From an uncultured delta proteobacterium (GTDB lineage Bacteria > Desulfobacterota > Desulfobacteria > Desulfobacterales > SG8-13): a stretch of 64,000 bases of DNA. The notes under the pieces were generated by a model. The model saw only the letters and a list, made by a program, of their open reading frames with translations. It was not told the DNA's origin and made no database searches. The position numbers and the translations under genes are program-made. This document shows, piece by piece, positions 46,656 to 58,394 of the stretch (position 1 is the stretch's first letter; every line of letters starts with the position of its first letter). Location of the stretch: NCBI GenBank assembly GCA_963825595.1, contig CAWGUE010000017.1, forward strand, positions 18,779-82,778, read 5' to 3'.

Positions 46656-46835
46656 TATGAAATAGTTGCGCCATCTTTGGCCGGGTCAACCTTCCCGGCC
46701 TCAGTTCAAACCGTGTAAAAGGTAAGCCCGATGCTGGCTCGATGTCAATTAATTCGCTACTTCATACCACCGGCTGCTCATGGTTTGCAAATGCTTATGT
46801 TATCCGATAATATTATGCGTTTTATATATACGAAT

Positions 46836-46906
46836 AACCCGTAACCCGTAACACCATAACACCGAACACCGAAACACCGTAACACCAAACACCAAACACC
46901 AAACAC
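46836..46906. repeat. heptanucleotide array grading from GTAACCC through GTAACAC to CAAACAC units
   Basis: AACCCGTAACCCGTAACACCATAACACCGAACACCGAAACACCGTAACACCAAACACCAAACACCAAACAC. It ends 10 nt before the GSCFA ATG. Confidence 0.9.
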
Positions 46907-46916
46907 GGTATTTATC

Positions 46917-47876
46917 ATGGCCCGCTCCGATGTCCATCCGGTTCACACATTCGAACCCTGGCAAGTATGGCCGGGATCCTATAAAAACCCACCGGCGGAC
47001 GGCACCTACCTTTTTCCGCCGGAGCCGGGTTTGACCATCACCCGTGAAACCCCCATCGCCTCTATGGGGTCCTGTTTCGCCCGCGAAATCCGCAAACGGT
47101 TGCTCGCCGAGGGTTTCAATTACATTACCGAGGAGACCCACCACCCGGCCGCCGTCCATGCCAGCGCGGCCTGGGAAAGATCCTACAACACCTTTTCCAT
47201 GCGCCAGATATTCGAGTACACTTTCGAAGACTGGAACCCGGCGGTGCGTTGGTGGCAGGCCCCGGTTTCGCAAAAGATCCAGGACCCTTTCCGGCGGATC
47301 ATCCTCTACGACGACCTGGATCAAGCCGAGGCGGACTTTGCCCGGCACCGCAACCACTCGCAGCGCGCCCTGGAGCGTGCCGAGGTGCTCATCCTGACCC
47401 TCGGGCTGACCGAGATTTGGGAAGATCAGTCGGACGGTGCGGTCATCTGCCTACCGTCAGGGCCTTATGTGAATGAAGGCGGCGACATGCACCGCTACCG
47501 GTTCCGGGTGAGCCGGTATGCCGACAACCTGGCCAACCTGGAACGGATCCACACCATCATGGCCGCCCACAACCCCCGCTGCGCCCTGCTGGTAACGGTT
47601 TCGCCGGTGCACCTGTGGGCCACCTTTCGCAAGGATATCGACGTCATCGGCGCCAGCTGCAACTCCAAATCCACCCTGCGGGCGGCGGCCGATGAGTTCG
47701 CCGCCCGCCACGACAATGTGTTCTACTTTCCGGCCTTTGAAATGGCCACGATCTACCAGCCGCTCATGGGCAGGACGTGGTTCGCCGACGGCAAGGAGAA
47801 CTTTCACGTCGACAAGCAAACCGTGAAGTTCATCATGCGCAATTTTTTCAACATGTATGCCCGCCCGCACAATTAA
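46917..47876 (+). CDS. GSCFA-domain protein
   Basis: Eponymous IASMGSCFAREI motif, then LTLGLTE and VSPVH blocks. 319 aa. Confidence 0.8.
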   Translation: MARSDVHPVHTFEPWQVWPGSYKNPPADGTYLFPPEPGLTITRETPIASMGSCFAREIRKRLLAEGFNYITEETHHPAAVHASAAWERSYNTFSMRQIFEYTFEDWNPAVRWWQAPVSQKIQDPFRRIILYDDLDQAEADFARHRNHSQRALERAEVLILTLGLTEIWEDQSDGAVICLPSGPYVNEGGDMHRYRFRVSRYADNLANLERIHTIMAAHNPRCALLVTVSPVHLWATFRKDIDVIGASCNSKSTLRAAADEFAARHDNVFYFPAFEMATIYQPLMGRTWFADGKENFHVDKQTVKFIMRNFFNMYARPHN

Positions 47877-47924
47877 CGAATATTTTTACGCGATATTTCA
47901 GATAGTTAACACCATGGGCCTTGA

Positions 47925-48110
47925 TAAAAATCCCCCTGTCCCCCTTTGTTAAAGGGGGGACTGGAAATGGCTTAGTGGTTTCAACACAACTCTTTGCGAC
48001 AAGAGGGGATGCCGCAGTGTCAGCGTTCCCCCCTTCAAAGAAGGGGGGCCAGGGGGGATTTTCTACTGACGCACATTCCTTCCCATCGGAACATACTTAT
48101 GGCGATTGCT
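47925..48110 (+). repeat. R1 element, full copy
   Basis: AAAAATCCCCCTGTCCCCTTTGTTAAAGGGGGGACTGG...CTTTGCGACAAGAGGGGATGCCGCAGTGTCAGCGTTCCCCCCTTCAAAGAAGGGGGGCCAGGGGGGATTTT...CGGAACATACTTATGG is colinear with 37985-38160. Confidence 0.8.
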
Positions 48111-48179
48111 ATAAGTGATCTTGAAAAGCTGGTGATTCAAAGTGCTTCCACGCAAAATACGCCTCACTGGAGAGATACC

Positions 48180-48626
48180 ATGCGAGACACGTCGAACAGT
48201 TGTGGATGTTGGTTGACAATATTAGCTGCCTCGATAATGGCAGTCATGGCCGCCTGCAGCGGCAATTACGGTCGACTGCAATACGGCAATGAGGTCGGAC
48301 ACGCTTTCCAAAATTTCGAAATGATCGCCGGTTATAAATATTACTTCAGTGGGCGGCGGAATTTACCCTCGGCGATTGTCGGTATCGATCCGGCTTTTGA
48401 ATTCAGTTCGAAATTTTGGACCGCCATCGAACCCGGTGAGTTTCAAACCATGGTCAGGCGTTTGTCGCCTCCCGTTTATGGTCTTCTCAACGGCGCTTAC
48501 TTGATCACTCCAGACGGCCGTCGCGCGGGCGTTTGGTATTCCTGGGTAAACACGGCCGCAGTCAGGTTCGAGGGCAATCGGATCATCATCTCGTTTCCGG
48601 ATCCGTCCATAAGGAGATCGGGATAA
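48180..48626 (+). CDS. lipoprotein of unknown function, paralog 1
   Basis: Signal plus lipobox-like MAACSG. The mature part matches 48913..49380 over most of its length (GNYGRLQY, SAIxGIDPAFEFSSxFWT, GVWYSWV). ATG at 48180 after GGAGAG. Confidence 0.7.
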   Translation: MRDTSNSCGCWLTILAASIMAVMAACSGNYGRLQYGNEVGHAFQNFEMIAGYKYYFSGRRNLPSAIVGIDPAFEFSSKFWTAIEPGEFQTMVRRLSPPVYGLLNGAYLITPDGRRAGVWYSWVNTAAVRFEGNRIIISFPDPSIRRSG

Positions 48627-48912
48627 TTTCGAGGCGGAATATACCCTGCCTCGCATAAATGATCCGCGAGAACCATCCTGTCGACCGCACGACACGATAA
48701 GCTTGCCTCTTCAGCCGGAAAGCCTTATTTTGTAAGTTATGTCAGACATATTTCGCTGACTTCAAGGCCGAAGAAACGATCAGCGATTTCAGCCTGCGCA
48801 TAAGGGGGCTCAATTACATATTTCCATGTATTAGATATTATGCAACATATTCAGATTTCGCCATAGTACCGAAGACGGCACCTGCAGGAAAAAAATCTCT
48901 CGAGGGGGGCAA

Positions 48913-49380
48913 ATGAAATCTTTGTCAATAAAGTATAAATGGTTCGCCGTATTAGCGGCCCTTGCGATGGCGTTCGTGGCCGCCTGCAGCGGCAATTACG
49001 GCAGGCTGCAATACAACAACGAGGTCAGTCTGGCCTTCCAAAAGTTCGAAACACTCGACAACTACAATTATTATTACAGCGGCCGCCAGAACAAGCCCTC
49101 GGCAATCATCGGTATCGATCCGGCGTTCGAATTCAGTTCACGCTTCTGGACCGTCATCGAGCCCGATCAGTTCGAAACGATGGTCGGGCGCCTGTCGCCA
49201 CCCGAATACGGGTTTCTCAACGGCGCTTACATGCTGGCGCCCGATGGCCGAAAGGCCGGTGTGTGGTATTCCTGGGTGAAAATCACCTCTTTCAAGTTCG
49301 ACGGCGACCGGATCATCGTCAACTCTCCCGAGCCTTTCGCCGATCTTGACGGTCGCGGTTTCGACAAGGACCCGCACTGA
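48913..49380 (+). CDS. lipoprotein of unknown function, paralog 2
   Basis: Signal plus VAACSG lipobox. GAGGGG RBS. 155 aa. Confidence 0.75.
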   Translation: MKSLSIKYKWFAVLAALAMAFVAACSGNYGRLQYNNEVSLAFQKFETLDNYNYYYSGRQNKPSAIIGIDPAFEFSSRFWTVIEPDQFETMVGRLSPPEYGFLNGAYMLAPDGRKAGVWYSWVKITSFKFDGDRIIVNSPEPFADLDGRGFDKDPH

Positions 49381-49734
49381 TTGACTTCGCTAACCCGATT
49401 TACCCTTCAGGCCTTAGGGTGTCTGCGATAGCACCCCGCCTACCGATCCGAGGTGACCGGCGTTATTCAGGACGCGCTGTGGATGGAAGACAGCGTCGCC
49501 TCGAAGGACCTTGGCCGTGAAAGCCGCCTTTTGGTGAAAGGTCCGCGATAAACCGACTTCCGCCCGACGGCTCCGATAGCGTTGATTTCACGCTGGAAAA
49601 CGGGATTTTATTCACTTGACTATTGGGCGGCAATCCTTCAGTATTTCGTTTTTCAGGTAACCGCCTTTAATGGTCTGAAAGGACGGAGTGCTTCGTCGAG
49701 GCAACGGCCGTCCCCGTCGATCTCAGGAGCCAGG

Positions 49735-51165
49735 ATGGAATTCGAACCGGTCATCGGGCTGGAAATTCACGCCCAGCTGAAAACCAGGACAAAAATTTTC
49801 TGCAGCTGCTCCACTGCCTTTGGCGCGCCGCCCAACACGCACACCTGCCCGGTCTGCCTCGGCATGCCGGGGGTCCTGCCGGTGCTCAACAAAAAGGTGG
49901 TCGCATACACCCTGCGCATGGCGCTGGCAACCCACTGCGAGATCAATACCGAGAGCCGCTTTGCACGCAAGAACTACTTCTACCCCGACCTGCCCAAAGG
50001 CTACCAGATTTCCCAGTACGAGCTCCCCATCGCCAAAAACGGCTGGATAAACATCCCGTCCAATGGCGACCTGAAACGGATCGGCATCAACCGGATTCAC
50101 ATGGAGGAGGACGCCGGCAAGCTGATCCATGACCCGCTGCAGCCCGTCAGCCAGGTCGATTTCAATCGCACCGGTGTGCCCCTGATCGAGATCGTCAGCG
50201 AACCGGACCTCGGCTCTCCCGAGGAAGCCGGCGCTTATTTGCGCATGTTGCGTTCGGTGGTGCGCTACCTCGGGATCTGTGACGGCAACCTCGAGGAAGG
50301 GAGCTTCCGCTGTGATGCCAACGTGTCGATCCGGCCGGCCGGCAGCCGGGAATTGGGGACCCGCACCGAGTTGAAAAACCTGAACTCCTTCAAGCACGTG
50401 GAAAAGGCCCTGCAGTATGAAATCCTGCGCCAGAAGGAGACACTTGTGGAAGGTGGGCAGGTAGTCCAGGAGACCCGGCTCTGGAATCCGGAACGCAGCC
50501 GCTCGACCGCCATGCGCGGCAAGGAAGAGGCCCATGACTACCGCTATTTCCCCGACCCGGACCTGCTGCCGCTGGTGATTGGAGCGGAGTGGATCGAACA
50601 CGTGCGCCGGGAACTGCCCGAACTGCCGGAGGCCAGGAAATCACGGTTCATCCAGGATTACGGCCTGCCGGCCTATGATGCGGACCTGTTGACGACCGAC
50701 CGCGAACTGGCCGACTATTTCGAGGCCTGCGTCAAGGCCTTCGACAATCCCAAACAGGTCAGCAACTGGATCATGGGCCCCCTTCTGGGCCTGTTGAATG
50801 CCGAAAGCAAAACCATTGAGGCCACACCGGTCTCCCCTGCCAACCTGGCCCGCCTGCTGCAGCTTATCGATGAGGGGGTTATCAGCGGCAAAATGGCCAA
50901 AACCGTATTCGACGAGATGGCCCGCAGCGGCCGGGACCCGGACCGCATCGTTAAGGACCAGGGCCTGGTGCAGGTGACCGATGCGTCCCAGATCGAGACG
51001 GTTGTCGACAAAATAATCGCAGCGAACCCCGACGAAGTGCAGGCCTATCGCAGCGGCAAAACCAAACTGCTCGGCTTTTTCGTGGGCCAGGTGATGCGTG
51101 AAACCAAGGGGAAGGCCAATCCACAGGTGGTTAATGAGGTATTGAAACAAAAACTCGATAAATGA
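49735..51165 (+). CDS. gatB: Asp-tRNA(Asn)/Glu-tRNA(Gln) amidotransferase subunit B
   Basis: [15 protein letters not shown]...[15 protein letters not shown]...[19 protein letters not shown]. The tracked start at 49582 is an extension. Confidence 0.95.
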   Translation: MEFEPVIGLEIHAQLKTRTKIFCSCSTAFGAPPNTHTCPVCLGMPGVLPVLNKKVVAYTLRMALATHCEINTESRFARKNYFYPDLPKGYQISQYELPIAKNGWINIPSNGDLKRIGINRIHMEEDAGKLIHDPLQPVSQVDFNRTGVPLIEIVSEPDLGSPEEAGAYLRMLRSVVRYLGICDGNLEEGSFRCDANVSIRPAGSRELGTRTELKNLNSFKHVEKALQYEILRQKETLVEGGQVVQETRLWNPERSRSTAMRGKEEAHDYRYFPDPDLLPLVIGAEWIEHVRRELPELPEARKSRFIQDYGLPAYDADLLTTDRELADYFEACVKAFDNPKQVSNWIMGPLLGLLNAESKTIEATPVSPANLARLLQLIDEGVISGKMAKTVFDEMARSGRDPDRIVKDQGLVQVTDASQIETVVDKIIAANPDEVQAYRSGKTKLLGFFVGQVMRETKGKANPQVVNEVLKQKLDK

Positions 51166-51184
51166 GGGATAAATGGCATGTTAA

Positions 51185-51440
51185 ATCCCGCTCGATCCCC
51201 CTTTAACGGTATAGGGGAACTTATTGCTACAGCTGTTGTCATAAATATGTTCCGGCGGGAAGGTGTTTGCGGCATTTAGAAATCCCCCCTGGCCCCCTTC
51301 GTAAAAGGGGGAAGGTTTCATCCGGTTGCGGCGTAAGTGAAAGTACAGCCTCTACCGTTAAACCTTTGTAAAGGGGCCGGGGATTTGCCCAAAGTTCGAA
51401 AAATCAATTCTGACATTCGCTATGGTGTACAAAAAATCGA
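51185..51440 (-). repeat. R1 element, inverted orientation, full copy
   Basis: GCTGTTGTCATAAATATGTTCCG (51231-51253) is the reverse complement of the 38139-38161 tag. AAATCCCCCCTGGCCCCCTTCGTAAAAGGGGGAAGG and CCTTTGTAAAGGGGCCGGGGATTT are palindrome cores. Confidence 0.75.
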
Positions 51441-51584
51441 ATGCTGCGCTACGAGAGCACATTTAAAAAATAGCGCGCGTAAATTACGACACAATATGAC
51501 AGATAGCGGCGTTTTATGGACTTGACTACGGGCAAGGAATTATTTCCAATATAAAACCAATTTGGAACCAAATTGGAGGGTAAC

Positions 51585-51835
51585 ATGCCGACAACTATAA
51601 CTTTAAAAAACATTCCTCATGATTTATATGAATTGATCAAACAAAATGCTGCCGAGCACCGCCGGAGTATAAACAATGAAGTCATCTCGATCATCGAAAA
51701 CGCCTTAAGACGATGCCAAAAAATTGATCCGGAGAAATTTCATCGTCGACCGTCAGGAAACTAAGAGAAAGAACAAATCGAATTCATTTGACGGATAATT
51801 TTATATACAACGCTAAAAATGAAGGTCGTCCATGA
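51585..51835 (+). pseudogene. vapB: Arc/RHH-type antitoxin (VapB/FitA-like) with a frameshift
   Basis: N-terminus MPTTITLKNIPHDLYELIKQNAAEHRRSINNEVISIIENAL. The expected C-terminus SSTVRKLRERTNRIHLTDNFIYNAKNEGRP-stop is in another frame and overlaps the toxin ATG (ATGA). The shift is near AAATTT at 51735-51745. Confidence 0.65.
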
Positions 51836-51895
51836 TCGCGGTAGACACAAATATTATCTGTTATCTGTTTATACATGGTGAATTCACAACGGAAA
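51832..51895 (+). pseudogene. vapC: PIN-domain toxin fragment (first about 21 codons only)
   Basis: MIAVDTNIICYLFIHGEFTTE is a PIN N-terminus with the catalytic Asp. The sequence then changes into ISL3-derived sequence. Boundary approximate. Confidence 0.55.
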
Positions 51896-52820
51896 TTTCG
51901 AGAGAAAGTTTTACACAAGGATCATCATTGGGCAGTGTCCAGAGTGCGAAGCCGAGGGGCCGCTGCACGATCATGCCGAAGAGCGCGTGTGGCGGCATCT
52001 GGACAGTTGCCAGTTTCGGACGTTTTTGCATGCCCGGCCGCCGCGGGTTGTTTGCCCGACATGGCGGCACCAGTGCGTCTTGTGGCGGAGTGACGTTCTC
52101 GAAATGTCCTTGCTGTTAAGCGTTCGCGACGAAGTCCTGCGTAACACCCATATCCAGGCGGGCCGGAGGATTCTTGGCATCAGCTGGGACGAGGCCTGGC
52201 ATCTGATGGACCGATCCGTGCAACGAGGGCTGCGATTGAAGCCGAAGCGCATCATTGCCCAACTCGGAGTCGATGAGAAGCAGGCCGGAGCCGGTCAGGA
52301 CTACGTCACCATTGTTTGCGATCTGGAGCGAGCACCGTGGAAGATGTCACGCTGGAAAATCGTGGAAGGCGGAACTTCTTGATGAACTTACGGGGAAACA
52401 ATGAGTTCATTGAGGCGTTCTCCAAGGACATACTCGGCTGGTTTCAAAAAGCGATTGCTCTGGCCTATGGGATTGCGAAATTCGTTCGTTGCTCGTCGAT
52501 ATCATGCATCCCATTAATGAAGCAATGGATAAGTCCACAAGATATTAAGCTTTCTGATGGACAAGGCAACCCATGTCACGGCCAATAGAATTTATAGCTC
52601 AAGGAAGGAACAATGTAAGCGGACTGGCAGTGGTTTGCAAATTGGATCGGCCGTTTGAAGATCGCACGCGCCTGGGCCATAAAGGAGATGCTGCGAGGGC
52701 TGTGGAAGTACAAAAGCCGCGCTTGGGCAGAGAAGTTCTGGAAGCGCTGGTATTTCTGGGCGACTCACAGCCGGTTGGAACCGGTAAAGAAGATCGCCTA
52801 CACGCTCAAGAGCTTTCTGT
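51896..52820 (+). mobile_element. ISL3-family transposase remnant (internally deleted, frameshifted, no intact ORF)
   Basis: zf-ISL3-like CPECEAEGPLHDHAEERVWRHLDSCQFRTFLHARPPRVVCP, ILGISWDEAWHLMDRSVQRGL, LGVDEKQ. The later C-terminal piece WYFWATHSRLEPVKKIAYTLKSFL is in another frame. Boundaries approximate. Confidence 0.65.
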
Positions 52821-54338
52821 ATGATTTTCGATTCGATACATCATCGCCATTGCAACCATTTTATCTATCCTCGGAGCGACTTGCGTGACAACGATGGCCG
52901 CCGAACCGCAGCGGGTGGCCCTGCTGCCGTTCAAGATCAATGCCGAAAAAGACCTCTCCTACCTGCAGAACGGCATTTTCGACATGCTCTCCAGCCGCCT
53001 GGCCGACCCGGGCAAGGTCCAGGTCCTGAGCCGAGCCGAGATCGATGCGGCATTGGCCGGCGCGGCCGGGCCGCAGGACGAGGCCGCCGCCCGCAGCCTG
53101 GGCCAAAAGCTGGCTACCGAATATGTTCTCTTCGGCAGCCTGACCAAATTCGGTGACAGCTTCAGCATCGACGCCAAGATGGTGGACGTGACCGGCGCCA
53201 AGCCGCCGGTCACCGTCTTCGGCCAGAGCCCCGATGCCGGGGGCATCATCCCGTCCATCGACACCTTTGCGGCCGACATCAACGCGCGGGTTTTCGGCCG
53301 TGGATCGCCGGGAACCGCCGTTGCCGCCGCGTCGGCTCCCACCGCCCCGCCGGCGAGCCCAACCGACGAGAGCCGCGCCCACCCCGAAAAGCTCTTGCAG
53401 CGCGGCGAAAACCAGGTTTCGCCTTTCATCAACCGCCAGGATCTTGTCCTGCAGTCGCCCAACATGTGGAAAAGTCCCAATTTCAGCTACCTGATCAACG
53501 GCATGGCCATCGGCGACGTGGACGGTACCGCTGGCAACGAAATCGTTGTGGTCAGCCCCAAAGAGATCTACGTCTACCGCCTCAAGGACGGCCGCCCCCT
53601 TGAAATCGCCCGCCAGGACACCGGTTCACAACACTATAACATCGGCGTGGATGTGGCCGACATCAACGGCAACGGCCGGGCCGAGATCTTCGTCACGGCC
53701 CTGAACATCCGCAAGAATGTCGTGCGCTCCTATGTTCGCGAATTCGACGGCAAAACAGTTCGTGGAAATCGCCAATGACCTGCCCTGGTATTTCCGGGCC
53801 AGCGATCTGCCGTTGCGCGGCCGGGTGCTGCTGGGACAGCAGTCGCGTCTGAACGAGCCCTACCGCGGCGGGATCTTCGAAATGGGGTGGGACGGCGGCG
53901 CTTACGTGCCCCAGAACCCGGTCAGCACCCCCGGGCGCACGCGCCTTAACGTCCTGGGCGTTGCCCTGGGCGATGTGCAGAACAATGGCGAAGAGACCCT
54001 GGTGGCCATTAATCAAGGCAACCGCATCGTTATCGTCTCGCCGGCCGGGGAGTCTCTCTGGACAAGCGGCGACAAATTCGGCGGCAGCACCCTCTTTGTC
54101 GAAGGCGAAAAAACCGACAAGGGACAAGAAGGAAACCCCATCTACCTGCCCATGCGGATCCTGGTGCGCAAAGGCACCTCAGGCGAAGAGAGGCGCCAAG
54201 AGCCAGGTGATCGCCGTCAAGAATCACGAGCTGATGGGCATGCGCTGGAACCGGCGCGATTTCACCGACGCCAACATCGAGGCCTTCTCCTGGGACGGGG
54301 TCGGGCTGGCACCGGCGTGGTCCACCCGCAAGATGTCG
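52821..54338 (+). pseudogene. FG-GAP/VCBS-repeat envelope protein, three frameshifts and 3' truncation by the IS3 element
   Basis: Signal-like IIAIATILSILGATC. RVALLPFKINAEKDLSYLQNGIFDML. FG-GAP-like GDVDGTAGNEIVV, VADINGNGRAEIFV, LGDVQNNGEETLV. Frame changes at T4 52825-52828, A4 53752-53755 and about 54185-54200. The ORF runs into the IS end at 54339. Confidence 0.7.
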
Positions 54339-55582
<1,244 letters not shown>

Positions 55583-55589
55583 CAGCGCA

Positions 55590-55665
55590 ACCCTTGCGAC
55601 AAGAAGGGATGCCGGAGCGTTTTCCCCCCTTTATGAAGGGGGGCCAGGGGGGATTTTTACTGTAG
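55590..55665 (+). repeat. R1 element, partial copy abutting the IS3 end
   Basis: CTTGCGACAAGAAGGGATGCCGGAGCGTTTTCCCCCCTTTATGAAGGGGGGCCAGGGGGGATTTTT aligns with 47990-48062. Confidence 0.7.
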
Positions 55666-55858
55666 TCATATATTTTCCGGTTAACGACCGGAAAATATAA
55701 CCTCAAAGGCTTCTATTCCCGCCGCATCAATATTCACCATCGTCTCGTCTATTCCGTTGATAAAGATCTCCACCTCGTTCACATCCTTGGAATGCAGACC
55801 TAACATGAGTTGACGCCCCTGCGCTTGCCCTCCGGCGGCCTAGCCGCCGCCAACACAC

Positions 55859-55890
55859 AAAAAACCCGGAGCCGAAGCTCCGGGTTTTTT
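55859..55890. terminator. bidirectional rho-independent terminator
   Basis: AAAAAA-CCCGGAGC-CGAA-GCTCCGGG-TTTTTT. It lies 40 nt downstream of the porin stop. A second perfect 13-bp hairpin at 55901-55929 abuts the stop codon. Confidence 0.85.
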
Positions 55891-55928
55891 GTGTTTACAC
55901 ATATAAATTCGGCAAGGCCGAATTTATA

Positions 55929-57131
55929 TTAGAAGTTAATCTGCCATTTGGCACCGATGTAGAACAGGTTGCCGAGATCGGCATCCGGCTCGTCGGGATC
56001 GCCGAATTCGACTTTACCGAAATCGCGGAAGCCGACTTCAGGAACCAGGAAGACCCCCGGGGCCATGGCATAGACCGCCTGCAGGTAGTATTCCAGGTAG
56101 GTATTTTTCTCGTAAGGACCGTCGTTGATATTGGTGTAAAGGTAGCCGACACCGGCTTCGAGGGTCAGTTGCTCTGTCGGGCTGAATCCCAGGGCCAGCA
56201 TGGCCATCAAGGTTTTGACGTCTTCGGAAGCGCCGTCGATGAAGACCGGCAGGGCGGATATATCGGACGCACTTGGCAGTAGACCGCCGGCCTTAAGGGT
56301 GGTGCCGAGCCATCCGGCTCCAGCGCCATTAAGATAATAGCTCACCTGCGGTTTGACGAACATCGGGCCGAAGTTAAGATCGGCGCCGATACCGACCACC
56401 CAAGAGTTGAGGGTATCGCTCTTGCGGTTGAGAACATCATTGGTAAGCGCATCTAGCTCGTTGTAATAGATTTTCTGGGTCTGATACCCGCCGAAGACGT
56501 GACCGCTCATGCCGTCGGCAAAGTTCATCATGTAGGAGGCCTCAATTTTGGGGATATAGCTCTCGGTGGCCGCACCAACGCTGATGATGGCCGGATCGGT
56601 CGACTCGAATACGAGGCCAGATACAGAGACTTGATTTTGATCGATGAGGGCGACCTTGAGCATCCCGGGTCCTGCCTTGCCCTCGAGCGCGACCTGGCCT
56701 TTCCGGGAGCCGTAGGCGTTGCCGACTTGGAGCAGACCGTTGTCAGTATCGAACACCTGGCCGGAGAGGAAGAAGGTGATCGGGGTGTAATCCTGGCCGA
56801 TCTTGAGACCCCAGCCCTCGGTGAACTTCCACACGCCGTAAAGACGGCGGTTGATAACAGTGTTGCTGCCAATGCCCAGTTCGAAGCGCGCGTCGATCAT
56901 GTCGCCCTTGATGGTCGCGCCGATACGGGAGTTACCCTGCAGATTCCACTGGGTATCTTTGATGCTGCTGCGATCGGCAGGATCCAAAAACTGCCGGTCT
57001 TCGAGTTTGTCGCTGGTGTAAAAGGTTGCCATACGGGCGTTGCCGTAGAGGTTCCACTCGTTGGCCATGGTGGTGGCGGCAAAAACGGCCACCAGCGCAA
57101 CGGCAAGAAAAATAACGGTATACTTTTTCAT
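55929..57131 (-). CDS. outer-membrane beta-barrel porin-like protein
   Basis: Signal peptide ending TTMA-NE. Alternating amphipathic strands. C-terminal YIGAKWQINF with terminal Phe. AAGGAGG RBS. Confidence 0.7.
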   Translation of the reverse strand: MKKYTVIFLAVALVAVFAATTMANEWNLYGNARMATFYTSDKLEDRQFLDPADRSSIKDTQWNLQGNSRIGATIKGDMIDARFELGIGSNTVINRRLYGVWKFTEGWGLKIGQDYTPITFFLSGQVFDTDNGLLQVGNAYGSRKGQVALEGKAGPGMLKVALIDQNQVSVSGLVFESTDPAIISVGAATESYIPKIEASYMMNFADGMSGHVFGGYQTQKIYYNELDALTNDVLNRKSDTLNSWVVGIGADLNFGPMFVKPQVSYYLNGAGAGWLGTTLKAGGLLPSASDISALPVFIDGASEDVKTLMAMLALGFSPTEQLTLEAGVGYLYTNINDGPYEKNTYLEYYLQAVYAMAPGVFLVPEVGFRDFGKVEFGDPDEPDADLGNLFYIGAKWQINF

Positions 57132-57952
57132 CTGTCATTCCTCCTTAAAAGTGTGTCGAAATGTAAAAAACAATCCTCAAAACAATGAAACATCCTCAAA
57201 TAATGATCATCCTCATAATCATCATCGTTAAAAACGCTGAACCACCACCTCCTTTCTTCCCGGTTAAAAGGTTTTGGGTGTTGGCAGCCCTTTAATGCTG
57301 CCACGGATGAAAGCGCCACTGCATGTTAGGCAGCTGGCACCTTAAACGCTATAAAAACAAAAAGGACGCCCCCGCTTGCGGCACCGTGCCTGCACGGCCG
57401 AAAGCGGTCGGCATCCTGCCAAGGACTGAAGGCCCTTTTACAAAACGCTTATTATCGCTGTTTACGAATATCTGCAAGAGACGATTCGTCATATGTCTAC
57501 GGTCTGGTTTGGGGTTCGATCGGCTCAACTTGGATCTCATTTTGATTCAAGGAACCGAAGCCCGTTACCGTCGGTATTCAACACTGTTCAATCTGCGCAG
57601 CCGGTGACTGTTTCTATGCGCATGAAAGCACGATTTATCAGCCCGGAAACCGGATGTCAAGCGAATTTAACCTCAACCCATTTATCTTCCAGAGTTCTTC
57701 TACATGGCCAGAAAAAACAAACCGCAAGAATCGTATCGAACTTTTTTTTAAAAATCAACTCATTTTTTACGCAATCGGTCTAATGATGCCGGTTTAGGCG
57801 GTGACAATTTCTTCTCTTCCCGGAAAAAAGCGACCCCAAAAAGCACTTTTAGGACGCCTTTCTCGGTTTAGCGACCGGGGGAGTGACGGAGATGGAAATT
57901 TCGGTGGATGCGTCCGCTTTATTGTTTCTTACTAATTGATATAATTTGATAT

Positions 57953-57987
57953 ATAGGATTTAGGTTCAGGGTTCCAGGTTCTGGGTT
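57953..57987. repeat. short degenerate 6-8-nt tandem run (AGGTTC-like)
   Basis: ATAGGATTTAGGTTCAGGGTTCCAGGTTCTGGGTTAAAAGGTTAA. Irregular unit length. Confidence 0.4.
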
Positions 57988-58136
57988 AAAAGGTTAATAA
58001 ATGCTGATATCCATGACTTTTGACGTTATTTTTTGGATTCGCCTCTTGTACTCATTAGGTGAGCCCTGATTTTGAGCCAAATGGCAAATGATGCCAATGA
58101 TAGGGAATTTAAAAAATCGTTCCGGTTGGCCGTATA

Positions 58137-58325
58137 AGAAAATCCCTCTGACCCCCTTTGCCAAAGGGGGAACTTTGGATGTCTTATTTGTATCTATCTG
58201 AGGCGGAAACGAACAACGCCGGCGTATCAATGCTCCCCCCTTTTAGAAATGTTGGCAAAGGGGGAACTTTATAGCGTGTTGTCGAAAAAAACGTTCCGGT
58301 ACTCGAACGATTTTTATGACCATTG
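58137..58325 (+). repeat. R1 element, full copy
   Basis: AAAATCCCTCTGACCCCCTTTGCCAAAGGGGGAACTTTGG and CTCCCCCCTTTTAGAAATGTTGGCAAAGGGGGAACTTT. 3' tag GTTCCGGTACTCGAACGATTTTTATGACC. Confidence 0.7.
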
Positions 58326-58394
58326 CTTTAAACCCGTTTGGCACTTTATCCAGGACACTTGAACATCGCTCAGGTTAAACTTCCCGGTGGCTCG

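Noticed and set aside
46558-46689. N-terminal extensions of tracked ORFs that read through repeats: the carbamoyltransferase to 46689, the lipoprotein from 47994, gatB from 49582, and the FadL-like gene from 58806
   Set aside because: The extensions translate heptad arrays or R1 palindromes (HTKHKTQNTKHQTQ, PLQRRGARGDF). Internal ATGs with good RBS coincide with the conserved N-termini.
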